Virus record (IMG/VR): IMGVR_UViG_3300033406_000004
Strand: one strand, 5' to 3'
DNA from: an uncultured virus (IMG/VR IMGVR_UViG_3300033406_000004)
Lineage: Duplodnaviria > Heunggongvirae > Uroviricota > Caudoviricetes
DNA: 64,000 nucleotides
The number at the start of each line of letters is the position of its first letter. Within the stretch, counting starts at the first letter, position 1. The position numbers and the translations under genes are program-made. This document shows, piece by piece, positions 35,473 to 45,157 of the stretch. Below the pieces are notes generated by a model, which saw only the letters and a list, made by a program, of their open reading frames with translations, ran no database searches and was not told where the DNA came from.

Positions 35473-35701
35473 AGTGCTTTATGCAACACTTGGGAATAGT
35501 TATTATTCCGTTTGCCTGTTCCAGGGTATTATTAGTTTCCTCCGCATAGCTCCCTGATAACGAGATGAGCTTATCATCCTCATAAATGACAAAACCTATA
35601 CTTTTAACAAGAAGACTTTGCGGAGTGAAATTCTCCACATCACTCCACCCCCCCGTAGCCCCGTAGCTGTCTGTCCATATCACTAATCGGATCTCTTTCA
35701 T
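35414..35701 (-). CDS. Small phage protein
   Basis: V.WTDS....W...SIGF...IP.CCI pattern; ATGA overlap with endolysin. Confidence 0.65.
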   Translation of the reverse strand: MKEIRLVIWTDSYGATGGWSDVENFTPQSLLVKSIGFVIYEDDKLISLSGSYAEETNNTLEQANGIITIPKCCIKHSICLSCCQELVSAQKQRPT

Positions 35702-36273
35702 GCGTATTTGAATGAATTAATGCGATTAAGCCAACCTGTTTTAAACCGGGCATTTGCAGGGCGGTTCCTGATAATGTCATCAATATACTTTTTACGGGCA
35801 GTTACGATCTGATTAAACAAAGTTTCCTGATTGGCAGAGTTGACAGCTTCCAACGTTTTAGGCCCGACAGTTCCATCCGATTGAACCTCTAATACTCTCT
35901 GAGGTATTGTGATGCCGTAAGATCCGGAAGCCCACACCCAATCCACTAGGATATCAGCGATTGACTGATTGTTGATTTTGTCTGCCTGCCATCTGTCCCA
36001 AAAGATTGATTTAACGATATCCCGCCAATGAGGATATGAAATATTCCTAAGTGATAATACCGTTGGTCTGGGATAACCTTTTTTCCTACAATACATTTCA
36101 TAAGTTGTCAGTGTAACACCTATCATGGTTGCACCTCCCGTATCAACAGGATCATTGGAGAATCCTGTTTTCTTAGCCCTTTCAAATAGAGATTCGTTCG
36201 ATTCACCAGCCTTGGCAATACACCCGGCTTCCCATCTTATTAAATGAGGGATGAGTTTTTCCACATTAGCCAT
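35698..36273 (-). CDS. Endolysin, glycosyl hydrolase 108 + PG-binding domain
   Basis: WEAG...NDPVDTGGATMIGVT, DWVWASG, DGTVGPKTL, F..GWLNR; start ATG 36273. Confidence 0.9.
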   Translation of the reverse strand: MANVEKLIPHLIRWEAGCIAKAGESNESLFERAKKTGFSNDPVDTGGATMIGVTLTTYEMYCRKKGYPRPTVLSLRNISYPHWRDIVKSIFWDRWQADKINNQSIADILVDWVWASGSYGITIPQRVLEVQSDGTVGPKTLEAVNSANQETLFNQIVTARKKYIDDIIRNRPANARFKTGWLNRINSFKYA

Positions 36274-36520
36274 TTTCGCTTCCTTTCTTCTCTTTAAGAC
36301 CGGCAACACCCGTAATAATAAGTGCCGCAAGTGTTATATATCCCACATTATTAACGATGCATTCAGGAAGAGCAATGTTCATTCCCTGGAAAGTAAACCA
36401 TGCACCCGGTACAACGGCCGCAATTGTGGCCGCTGAATTTCTGATAATCTTTGCCACTCTTGGCGTTTCGGCCTTCCAACGACGTGGCAAATCCTTGATA
36501 AAAGCAATAATCTTTTTCAT
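36266..36520 (-). CDS. Holin (two TM)
   Basis: RRWKAETP, two hydrophobic helices, charged tail; overlaps the endolysin start. Confidence 0.7.
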   Translation of the reverse strand: MKKIIAFIKDLPRRWKAETPRVAKIIRNSAATIAAVVPGAWFTFQGMNIALPECIVNNVGYITLAALIITGVAGLKEKKGSENG

Positions 36521-36521
36521 C

Positions 36522-36773
36522 TCATAAATATTTTTGAATTAAATACATCAGGACAGGAAGTACGACGCTTGCAATGCCTATTGCTTTCCAAGAGAGGACT
36601 TCAATCCTGGTAACCTTTCTCTCCAGTTCGGAGAATCTCTTAGCCATACCCTGTGCCCCAAGCGGGCTGCCTTCAAGTACCAGCTTGACTTCTGATAAAT
36701 CCTTTCTCAGATCATTCATACCTTCGGCCAATCTGTCCATCTTCTTTTCTAAGTTTTCCTCCTTCTCTCCCAT
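36522..36773 (-). CDS. Coiled-coil protein with C-terminal TM (XhlA/holin-accessory-like)
   Basis: Heptads then AIGIASVVLPVLMYLI; start ATG 36773. Confidence 0.6.
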   Translation of the reverse strand: MGEKEENLEKKMDRLAEGMNDLRKDLSEVKLVLEGSPLGAQGMAKRFSELERKVTRIEVLSWKAIGIASVVLPVLMYLIQKYL

Positions 36774-36856
36774 TTCTTCATATTTCCTTTTTAGGCAGCC
36801 CCGAAAGGCTACCCTATACATTCCTTAGCTTGACGGCTACTTCTATTCGGTCATTT

Positions 36857-37180
36857 TTATTCTTTACTATCAGTCGTTAGACTTGCTTTAATTTCTGTAA
36901 GTACAGCTTCAAACACAGTAACATGCGGGGTAATATCCGTATCCTGCGGAAAAGAGAACTGTTTGTTCCCGGATTCCTGAAACATGAGGCCCGTATACTC
37001 TTCTTTCTCCACTGTCTGCGTTCCCGTAGAGGTCGTTACTTCTTCACTTGTCTTCTTATACACATTGCAATGCAGACTAGTAAGACTATTCCCTGAAAGG
37101 TTATAATCAACCTTGTACTTGTAATCTCCGCTTTCGGCTGAACCCGCTACTGAGATCGTTCTTGATTCTTCTGTAAACAT
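36857..37180 (-). CDS. Hypothetical protein downstream of tail fibre
   Basis: 107-aa ORF in the late operon. Confidence 0.65.
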   Translation of the reverse strand: MFTEESRTISVAGSAESGDYKYKVDYNLSGNSLTSLHCNVYKKTSEEVTTSTGTQTVEKEEYTGLMFQESGNKQFSFPQDTDITPHVTVFEAVLTEIKASLTTDSKE

Positions 37181-37185
37181 GATTT

Positions 37186-37461
37186 TTATTTTTTAGGATT
37201 AATAATTTCATCGAGTATCGGGCAAACTGCCTCTTGTACGAAAGCAAGAAAGCCCTCACGGATGTATTTGTTAAGGATAGCCGCATGTCCCGCATCGACT
37301 TCAATCTCACCATCTTTATAGATACTGCGGGCCAGTTCCAACTCGCCCAGATCGGCAGTCTTTTGATAGATCGCATTGCCTAGTTCTTTACTCAAATCAA
37401 GGGTACTCTTCTTTCCCTCGATATTCTTTATTTCAATCTTTCTAAAATCAATCTTCTTCAT
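37186..37461 (-). CDS. Putative tail-fibre chaperone
   Basis: MKKIDFRKIEI..IEG....D.SKELGN.IY....DLGEL.LA..IY..GEIE; start ATG 37461. Confidence 0.6.
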   Translation of the reverse strand: MKKIDFRKIEIKNIEGKKSTLDLSKELGNAIYQKTADLGELELARSIYKDGEIEVDAGHAAILNKYIREGFLAFVQEAVCPILDEIINPKK

Positions 37462-37480
37462 TCTGTGTATTATTGAGTTT

Positions 37481-40400
37481 TTAATTACTGTAACTTCCAA
37501 GCCAGTGATAGCCGTCATATATGATATGATATAGTTGTCCATAAGCTACTTTAACGCTTGATACGTAACCTGTTCCATACGTCCCAGCATGAAGAATATT
37601 ACTTGATGTTGAAGCGATAGTAATATTCCCTGCGGCTGTTTTTCTCACCCAATACTGTTTTCCAACTGTCGGACTAGCGGGTAAAGAAAGGGTTATGTCG
37701 CTTGTCGCCGTGCTAACAATGAATGCCTGACTGTAATCTAGTGATAGGTTAGCCGACACACGTGTAGGGTAAAAACTAGGGGCGTATAAAAGCGTTCTGC
37801 CTGTCATCAGTGTTGATTCTCCTGTCCTTGCAATAAATGTGTGATTACCGGATGAATACAAGGCCGTTCCGCCTTGTTGGGCGGTTAGCTTGATACATAT
37901 TCCCGTTGTTTCGTCGGTATAGCAGTAAAGCCCCGTAACGGCATCGGCTCTTATCTGCATAAGATAAGTAGACGTATCATTAATTCGTAAGAATCTCGTC
38001 ACCGATGGTTCTACTAATATCTTGGCACCTGCTGCACTAGTTATCTTCAATGCGTTACCCTCAACGGACCACCCACCTATCTTTGCTCCGGATGTAACAG
38101 TCAATCTGCCCGTTGTTATATCCGTGGCGGCTATCTTAGTGGCTAAAAGCGATGTGGTTATCATAGCGTCCGCATCAATCAGAGATGTTTTGATATAACC
38201 GCCTTCAATTACCGTACTGTCAAGCTTGGCCAACGAAACGGCACTTTCATAAGCCAGACCTCCCAAAGAGTTTTTTAATGTGCTTAATCCGCTATTGGCT
38301 GTATCGGCACCAGACAAAGCACTGTTTGCAGTCGAGGTTGCAGCATTAGCCGTACTCTGTGCCGTGTTAGCGGCAGAAGCCGCACTACTCGCCGTTGACT
38401 GAGCGGTAGTTATTCGCCCCTGTGAATCGCTGTCCAACGAGCTGAAAGTTACCATTCCGGCAAGGCTGAGTGCCTGACCGAACACGGATATGCCGCCCGA
38501 TGTGATACTAATCCCGGCTTTTATTTCGGTTGTTGTCGGGCGAAGAGCGATGCTTGCGTCCACATCTTCGGGGGCGGGTGTCCAATCGGTAGCCTTATTG
38601 CCAATTTCAAACTTTACTCCACAGACATACGCTTCGTTGCCATTAAGAATTCTACAGACCAATACATTTTTTACTTCGGTTATTGTCCCGGTTTTCCATA
38701 CAATCCAGACACGTTTCCAATCAGATGTTAACGTTGTGGCTATTGATCCGTCGGCAGATGTAGTTGAATTTCCTGCCGAATTATATCCGGAAACGACACA
38801 GGAGGGATAAAAATAACTAACGAAACCGCCAGTACCTTTGCACCAAAAAGATAAAGTGTATTCCGTATTTGATTCAGGTGTTATAGCACCATACCATACG
38901 CAGATATCCGCATACATATCTCCTGAATAACTGCCATGAATAATACTGAACCCGTTGTATGTATCCGATGTCAGCCATCCGATGCTCGAACTCCCACTAA
39001 AATCTTTTGTACCTTTTAGCAAGTTTCGTCCGCCAACCTGCACACCATCCACTGCCGTTTGTGCCGCTTGATTACTAGCCTGCAAAACTATTCCGTCAGC
39101 TTTTACATTGATACTTGCCTCTGCTGTCTCCGCTTTGTCCGCTGCCGTCTCTGCCCGGGTGGCTTTAAGCTCAACTGCGTCTGCCGTCTGGTTTATGCTT
39201 GTCTCCTTCTGAGTTACTGTTTGCAGAATAGTTGCCGCATTATTAGCCGCATTGGTTGCATCGGTAGCTTTCTCTCCGGCCGTGGTTGCAGAAGCGGCCG
39301 CTTCACTCGCTTTGGTACTTGCTGTTCCGGCAGAATCGGCAGCTTCTCCCGCTTTGGTCGTTGCCGTTTGTGCGGCGGTTATGGCTTGTGTGACCTTTGT
39401 GCTTATTTCTCCCTCCCGTATCTCGAAAGCCGTTTGAACCGCTGTTATCTGATCGCTTAGTTCATCCTCAACAGACTTGCCATTTCTTAAAATGAATAAC
39501 CCTTTCAAGAACACATTACCCGCCCAAAGACCGTAACCGCTTGGCTGTGCATCAGAGGGGAAATCGGAATCGGTAATCCCGTCCAAACAACCTAGTATCA
39601 CTTTGGATTTACCTGTCAGATCGGTTGAGCTGACACCATCAAGCACACTAAAGCGGGGTTTGCCGTCTTCGGATGCGGTGAGATACAATACACCTTGTCG
39701 GGCCGTGTTTGTTTTGTTACCCATCTGAACAAGATCATCGCCAATGGCCGGAACAACTCCATCAGGAAACTCTGATTTTAAAATCAGGATTGTTTCACCG
39801 CTCACCGAATCAATCGGCACCCAGTAGTATTTTGCACCTGTAGCACTGAATACCTGACAACGTACCAAGTCATCGGCGACAAAAGTCATATCGCCTTCAA
39901 TGCCTAACACGTAGTAAGTTGGTGAGCCTGTTGTCTCTGATACTGATTTAACACGCCCGTTTGCCGGAGAGACAACCAAGCCGCCATTAACAGAGCGAAT
40001 TTTTGAAACAATCAGTTCAAAAACGGTCATACCCTTGCGGATAACAACGTTATCAACTTCCAAATTCCAATCACCGTTCAGGGCTTTATAAAGCTTCATT
40101 CCTTCACCCGTTATGCCGGGAACAAAAGATTCAGAGCTTATATAATCCTTAACTATCGTACGAAAGAGAGTGGCTACATTGGATACGTTCAGATCGTATA
40201 TCTCTGCAAGCTTTTGAACAAGCAAGTTCAGCGTAGTGACTTTATCCGATACAGTTACCGTCTCTGCCTCCAATGCCGCAACCGTAGCCTTGATACGTGC
40301 TATGAGATTACGTACCTCTGCATCACCGTCAGCATCTATCTTTGCACCGGATTCACCGACTGAATATTCTCCTGTCTCTAAGCCGGCAAGTAATTTCAAT

Positions 40401-40624
40401 AGAAAAGAGGTTGAATCAGCCTGATCCTTACGTAGGAAAGTGGATTGTGCCCTTAAAGAAGAAAAGGCATTTTTATCTGATGGGGTTGTAAGATCGCCCA
40501 GTTTAATTAAGTATATTTCAGGTGAAGAGCCGCCACTACCCGCCCCTGATTTCAACTTGAGAATTACAGTTTTACCACTGACCTCAAAAAGTATATCGCT
40601 GTTTTCCTCATCTATCTGATACAT
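37481..40624 (-). CDS. Tail fibre / receptor-binding protein
   Basis: LEVD.V.IRK...IRSVNGGLVVSPA region, Ala/Thr-rich shaft, GGRNLL...KFEIGNKATDWTPAPED carbohydrate-binding-like module, LSLPASP..G C-terminus. Confidence 0.85.
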   Translation of the reverse strand: MYQIDEENSDILFEVSGKTVILKLKSGAGSGGSSPEIYLIKLGDLTTPSDKNAFSSLRAQSTFLRKDQADSTSFLLKLLAGLETGEYSVGESGAKIDADGDAEVRNLIARIKATVAALEAETVTVSDKVTTLNLLVQKLAEIYDLNVSNVATLFRTIVKDYISSESFVPGITGEGMKLYKALNGDWNLEVDNVVIRKGMTVFELIVSKIRSVNGGLVVSPANGRVKSVSETTGSPTYYVLGIEGDMTFVADDLVRCQVFSATGAKYYWVPIDSVSGETILILKSEFPDGVVPAIGDDLVQMGNKTNTARQGVLYLTASEDGKPRFSVLDGVSSTDLTGKSKVILGCLDGITDSDFPSDAQPSGYGLWAGNVFLKGLFILRNGKSVEDELSDQITAVQTAFEIREGEISTKVTQAITAAQTATTKAGEAADSAGTASTKASEAAASATTAGEKATDATNAANNAATILQTVTQKETSINQTADAVELKATRAETAADKAETAEASINVKADGIVLQASNQAAQTAVDGVQVGGRNLLKGTKDFSGSSSIGWLTSDTYNGFSIIHGSYSGDMYADICVWYGAITPESNTEYTLSFWCKGTGGFVSYFYPSCVVSGYNSAGNSTTSADGSIATTLTSDWKRVWIVWKTGTITEVKNVLVCRILNGNEAYVCGVKFEIGNKATDWTPAPEDVDASIALRPTTTEIKAGISITSGGISVFGQALSLAGMVTFSSLDSDSQGRITTAQSTASSAASAANTAQSTANAATSTANSALSGADTANSGLSTLKNSLGGLAYESAVSLAKLDSTVIEGGYIKTSLIDADAMITTSLLATKIAATDITTGRLTVTSGAKIGGWSVEGNALKITSAAGAKILVEPSVTRFLRINDTSTYLMQIRADAVTGLYCYTDETTGICIKLTAQQGGTALYSSGNHTFIARTGESTLMTGRTLLYAPSFYPTRVSANLSLDYSQAFIVSTATSDITLSLPASPTVGKQYWVRKTAAGNITIASTSSNILHAGTYGTGYVSSVKVAYGQLYHIIYDGYHWLGSYSN

Positions 40625-41247
40625 TATTTCTTAGGTAAAAGGTTGATAGCGGTAGCACTCATTACTTTAGAGGTGGTATCATTCTCAAAAATACCGTAGA
40701 CAAGACTTGCGCACATATAGCATATTGCAATTGCAACAGGATCGTTGAGGTTCAAAGCAACACTTCCGCCCGGGGTATATCTCCCCTCATAAGCAAAAAG
40801 AGAAATAGCCGACGCGTATGGATAACATTGGAGTGTCCTGCCACTGGCATCATAACTATTAAAGACAACAGGTTTATTAATGCCTGCTTTTGTGTATGGA
40901 TTAGCATTAACCTTATATTCCTCTGAATCCAATTCAAAGGTCTTTGCCACTATTTTCTTCCAACCATCAAGTTGTAAAGCGATGAGGGATATATAGTCTT
41001 CAGGAACAACTATAATCCCTGCACCGTTTACCAATGACACATTTGCCGTAGCGGATTTTCTATTCACGCATCTGTAGGGAGAATTATCCACAATAAGATT
41101 GACAGCGTCAGCGATAACGGATTTGATATACTGATCCAAGCTGATAGTGTCTTCACTTAAAAGGGTAAGATTTTCATCATTACCCACTTCGTTCATAATC
41201 GCCCTGACTTTCGTTATGATTTCCGCTTCAGTCATTGTTATTTCCAA
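40624..41247 (-). CDS. Putative head-tail adaptor (P22 gp4/T7 gp11-like)
   Basis: 207 aa; VPEDY..L, AICYMCASLV; between capsid and fibre genes. Confidence 0.55.
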   Translation of the reverse strand: MEITMTEAEIITKVRAIMNEVGNDENLTLLSEDTISLDQYIKSVIADAVNLIVDNSPYRCVNRKSATANVSLVNGAGIIVVPEDYISLIALQLDGWKKIVAKTFELDSEEYKVNANPYTKAGINKPVVFNSYDASGRTLQCYPYASAISLFAYEGRYTPGGSVALNLNDPVAIAICYMCASLVYGIFENDTTSKVMSATAINLLPKK

Positions 41248-41678
41248 TTAGAAAATGAAACCCTCAATTCGTTAGCTTTCGCCTTAACCGCGTCCTTATT
41301 TTGCAAGTCGGCAAGAGAAATATTGAATGGTTCCGCCATCAACACTTCTTTCGCTTGTTGCATATTAGCCACTCCGGGATAATCCGTACAACCGTCCTCA
41401 CCTACCGTGGACGTAAGTATCTCCTGCCGGGAAGAACTATCGGATTCCTCCTCTATTTCATAAACGGATCCTTTGGTGATAATACCACTTTTATACAGAG
41501 AGCTGGACTCTATAGCTTTCTGTATAGCCACCTGAGTAGTTGCAAATTGAGCAGGAACAGTTCCTCTGGAAGAGATCGCCCCACCTTCAAAATTGACTCT
41601 TACAGAAGCCTTATTCACCTTAAAGACACAGCTTCTTTCAACAGAGCCTCTTATTTCGTATACAATATTATATTTCAT
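41238..41678 (-). CDS. Hypothetical virion-module protein
   Basis: 146-aa ORF following the capsid gene. Confidence 0.65.
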   Translation of the reverse strand: MKYNIVYEIRGSVERSCVFKVNKASVRVNFEGGAISSRGTVPAQFATTQVAIQKAIESSSLYKSGIITKGSVYEIEEESDSSSRQEILTSTVGEDGCTDYPGVANMQQAKEVLMAEPFNISLADLQNKDAVKAKANELRVSFSNWK

Positions 41679-41691
41679 ATATTTCTATTTT

Positions 41692-41723
41692 AAAGAGAGT
41701 GCCCCGAATGAAGCACTCTCTTT
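41692..41723 (-). terminator. Terminator after the major capsid gene
   Basis: AAAGAGAGTGC-N10-GCACTCTCTTT. Confidence 0.8.
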
Positions 41724-41736
41724 GGTTATAGATTAT

Positions 41737-43332
41737 TTAAGCAGTAGCAAGAAGTTCTCCGGTATATTCTACCCAAGCAGCACCGGTCCAGGTAACGATA
41801 TCACCTGCGGCAAAGCTACCTGCGGCGGCACTAAGAATTACCACATCATTCTTACCCGGATTAGCAGGCAGAGCGGCTGAAGTAGTCACGCTCACCGCGC
41901 CCGGAATATCCGAATGAGCATTGGCGCCATTAACCCAGATATGAGAGTAGCCTTTCAAACACAAAGCGTCGATAGTCATGATAACATCTCGTTTTGCTTC
42001 CTCTCCCTCTACGGCCTCGGTCTTTGATTCTTCGTTCTTCATCCAATAACGTACAAGACCTTCCTCGTCAAGCAAAGCTCCACAAGAAGAATATCCCAAA
42101 CGGTCAAGAGCGGGATCGTGGACTAATTCGATCTCTCCAAACACCGTTTTGATCTTGGTACATTTGATACCAAAAACAGTGCTCTCAGTCATGGAAATGT
42201 CCTTGTGCAGAGTAAGATCAATCTTCTGAATGTCGGCCATAAGGAATTTACCTAATATCCACAAAGCTTTTTTCGAGCAGTTCAAACCGGTGAACTTAAC
42301 CATTGACAAATTGATTAAGTCATTCAATGTGATCTGTGAAGCCAAATCATACTGGCGTTTGATCTGCCATCTGATACCCTTGGAGAAATAAACCATTTGT
42401 TCTCCAAGTTCTTTCTTTTGGCTGGCCACCTTGATCTTACCAAGTTGTCCCACCCATGCGGTACGGCAAGATTCAAGACGGAATTGGCGAATAATAGCTT
42501 CCGCCAAAGTCGCTTTTTGGAACGGGATACGCTTTTTCTGCGCTTCGAAATAGTCTGAAACAACACTGTTACAGAGCTGCTTTTGCAAGTAAAGTGTTTC
42601 CGGAAATGGCAGAATAGTATTTGGAGCAATAAACTTCTGCGTTTCATATCCCGCCGAGCTCAAAAGAATAACCTCTGTTCCTGCAGGAATATCCGGCATG
42701 TAGCAATATTCGTCAGAAGCATTCGCTTTAGGTCCATTGATCGCAATAGCGATAGGGGCATCCGTTGATTCGTTTCTGGAAACAAAATAAATCATCAGGT
42801 CAACATCGAGTTGATTCTGTCCGGTAGGATCATATCCTTTTACACCTTTCAGGATAGCGGTATAATATTCCTGGAAAGTTTTCACGTCATCCGAAGCCAA
42901 ACTAAGCTCTGCCCTTTTAGACTTGCCGGCACCGGCGGTATAGGCGGAAATAGTCTTTGCCGAAGAGCGTTTTTCGTCTATCATATAATGATCCACGACA
43001 AACGATTTAACCCTTACTTGCCGTTTAACCCGACGCTTGATGGTATCAATGACGCTTTCATCACTGGCAATCTGGGTAATTTGTTCATCTATCTCCGGTT
43101 GGATTAAATCCCCGCCTGCCTCTGCGAGATTAGATACGGTAGTGGATTCACCCGGTACCTGCGTTTTTAATCCCTGCTGTCCGGGAGTTGCGGTAGGAGT
43201 ACCCGGTTCAACCGTAGTAACTTCTGCCATCAGAGTGCCTACATCTCCGGTAAACAGGCAGATAACCATAAGAAGGACTGAAAGTGCAATCCATCTATTC
43301 TCATTTAAAACTCTCAATAGTCTTTTCATCAC
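41737..43332 (-). CDS. Major capsid protein (HK97 fold) with N-terminal hydrophobic leader
   Basis: Follows an acidic scaffold gene and precedes a strong terminator; spine-helix region LAEAIIRQFRLESCRTAWVG, GIRWQI, FG....I.TVFGEIELVHDP. Confidence 0.8.
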   Translation of the reverse strand: MMKRLLRVLNENRWIALSVLLMVICLFTGDVGTLMAEVTTVEPGTPTATPGQQGLKTQVPGESTTVSNLAEAGGDLIQPEIDEQITQIASDESVIDTIKRRVKRQVRVKSFVVDHYMIDEKRSSAKTISAYTAGAGKSKRAELSLASDDVKTFQEYYTAILKGVKGYDPTGQNQLDVDLMIYFVSRNESTDAPIAIAINGPKANASDEYCYMPDIPAGTEVILLSSAGYETQKFIAPNTILPFPETLYLQKQLCNSVVSDYFEAQKKRIPFQKATLAEAIIRQFRLESCRTAWVGQLGKIKVASQKKELGEQMVYFSKGIRWQIKRQYDLASQITLNDLINLSMVKFTGLNCSKKALWILGKFLMADIQKIDLTLHKDISMTESTVFGIKCTKIKTVFGEIELVHDPALDRLGYSSCGALLDEEGLVRYWMKNEESKTEAVEGEEAKRDVIMTIDALCLKGYSHIWVNGANAHSDIPGAVSVTTSAALPANPGKNDVVILSAAAGSFAAGDIVTWTGAAWVEYTGELLATA

Positions 43333-43360
43333 GATAAAAAAATTAAATTAATATTTGTAG

Positions 43361-44122
43361 TTACGCTTTTAATGCATCTTCAAGAAGGCTGTTGCCCTGT
43401 TTCTTTTTCTGCGAAGACGCGACTCCTTGGTCTTGAATGCCTTTGGGCAGGCCATCGCCTCTCTCCTCTTTAATCTTCTGGATATTGGTATTTCTGCCTT
43501 TGACTTCTCCGGCCGACATGGCATCAGCCACATCTTTGTCATAGTTGAACGCCCGGTCTATAAGCTCGCAGATTTCACGGGAATAGTTTCCTGAAAAGAT
43601 AGGACCGATTAACCTATCCCACATTTTGCCGAGAAACTCATCGACCGGATATCCCTTCTCCGAGCAAAAGGATTCCACCTCAGGCATGCTTTTTTCCACG
43701 TTATCATCGTATTCTTTCTTGGATGCATCTGTGGCCTCGATTTCAGCCTTTCTTTCTTCTTCGGCTTTAGTCAGTTCTTCGAACTCGGGAGTTCCTTCTT
43801 CGGCGGAAAGGAAGTCTTTTCCGAAATAACGGGCAAGTGCGCCGGAAGCGTTACGTTTGCCATTAACGATATCGGAGAGCATTTGAGCTAACTTAGGATC
43901 CTTGGCCAACGCGTCGGCCAGCTTCTTGGTTTGCTCGTTTGTTTTCCCGATATATCCCATGAGCATGTCAGCCGATCCTTCTTCATCTTCAGGATCATAC
44001 CCGTCAAAAGATTCTTTAAGCATCTTGGTGAGCTGCTCTTTTTTTGTAGGCTTTTTATCCTCAACAGGAGGAACAGTTTCTGTCTGTTGACCTTCAGGAA
44101 TAGTCTTTTCTTCAGTATTCAT
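43361..44122 (-). CDS. Putative capsid scaffolding protein
   Basis: Acidic, helical 253-aa ORF directly upstream of the capsid gene. Confidence 0.65.
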   Translation of the reverse strand: MNTEEKTIPEGQQTETVPPVEDKKPTKKEQLTKMLKESFDGYDPEDEEGSADMLMGYIGKTNEQTKKLADALAKDPKLAQMLSDIVNGKRNASGALARYFGKDFLSAEEGTPEFEELTKAEEERKAEIEATDASKKEYDDNVEKSMPEVESFCSEKGYPVDEFLGKMWDRLIGPIFSGNYSREICELIDRAFNYDKDVADAMSAGEVKGRNTNIQKIKEERGDGLPKGIQDQGVASSQKKKQGNSLLEDALKA

Positions 44123-44156
44123 TTTTCATTTTAATTAATGCGATTTATCGTATGTG

Positions 44157-44260
44157 CAAATGAAATAGAAAGAAGGCTTTTTCCGGTTGCTGTTTCAACA
44201 CAAAAAGTTGCTGTTTTGGCAAAACAACAACTTTCGAAGCAAGCAATACTTTTATATTTG
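44157..44260. promoter_or_regulatory. Divergent pair of putative late promoters
   Basis: Minus: CAGCAACC(44185-44192)-N20-TTCATTTG, second box CAGCAACT at 44206-44213; plus: CAACAACT(44225-44232)-N20-TATATTTG(44253-44260). Confidence 0.7.
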
Positions 44261-44282
44261 CGATAAAGATTTATGAGGCCGT

Positions 44283-44669
44283 ATGAGTGAAAAAATTAGC
44301 GAAATAAGGAATTCGGATGTTGTGAATGCGTACTTTGATTCAATGAAAAGCATCAAGAAAGAATCGCCTTATTCTTCTCAGGAAGATGTCATTTCGGACG
44401 CTCTTCAAAAAGGAGCTCCCAGATTCTACACAACCTATGAAAATGCCAGAAGATTTGTATCATTAATAGCAAGGGGGAAAAATCTTCCTCTGGTTAATGA
44501 AAATAAGGTGGAGATGTACCACGAACTGTTCAGGCGATTTTTATGTAAAAAGAACAATAATTGCGGGTATCTCATCTTAGAACAGATTATAGAAGAAGAA
44601 GCGCCCTCTTTTTACCTTGACTTCGAGACTTTCCGTGGAATAATATACAAAACATTAAATAAGAAATAA
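44283..44669 (+). CDS. Hypothetical protein with duplicated APRFY/APSFY motif (possible DNA-binding protein)
   Basis: GAPRFYTT.E.A and EAPSFYLD.ET internal repeat. Confidence 0.7.
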   Translation: MSEKISEIRNSDVVNAYFDSMKSIKKESPYSSQEDVISDALQKGAPRFYTTYENARRFVSLIARGKNLPLVNENKVEMYHELFRRFLCKKNNNCGYLILEQIIEEEAPSFYLDFETFRGIIYKTLNKK

Positions 44670-45157
44670 TGCCGTTCATACTCATACTGTTTTTCTTTTA
44701 CGCCATTGGTTCATTCATAGACATGAGGGCGTTTGGCATTAGTACAACTTCTCCATGGTGGTGTTTATTCACCTATAGCTTTATCCATTTATCATTCACG
44801 CATCTGCTTGTGAACGCGTTCGTATTCTTATCATACTGGCGTAAGATGAAAGGGATCATAAATATATATTTCTTTATTCCTCTTATCATCACGGTGCCCG
44901 TAATAGCCGCCATATTAAGTGCCCACAAAGATATTACAGTCGGAGCATCGGGCATTATTTACGCAATTATCGGCATATACATAGTAGCCTTTCCATTACC
45001 AAGGAATGTTCTAATCAAATTTATAACTTTAATTGTCCTAAGCTTTGCGTTGACCTGCTTTTTGCCATCGGTGAATACAGGTATCCACATATACAGCTTT
45101 CTTCTATCTTTAGTTGTAAGCCTTTTATGCAGGAGGTTTATTTATGCTAAATACTAA
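44669..45157 (+). CDS. Rhomboid-family intramembrane serine protease
   Basis: FTYSFIHLSFTHLLVN (H-x4-H-x3-N), VGASG catalytic Ser, His in VNTGIHIYSF; ~6 TM helices. Confidence 0.9.
   Translation: MPFILILFFFYAIGSFIDMRAFGISTTSPWWCLFTYSFIHLSFTHLLVNAFVFLSYWRKMKGIINIYFFIPLIITVPVIAAILSAHKDITVGASGIIYAIIGIYIVAFPLPRNVLIKFITLIVLSFALTCFLPSVNTGIHIYSFLLSLVVSLLCRRFIYAKY

Noticed and set aside
37481..40624. Diversity-generating retroelement or invertible tail-fibre cassette
   Set aside because: No reverse transcriptase (YxDD), no template repeat and no invertase seen; Ala/Thr repeats are ordinary fibre shaft
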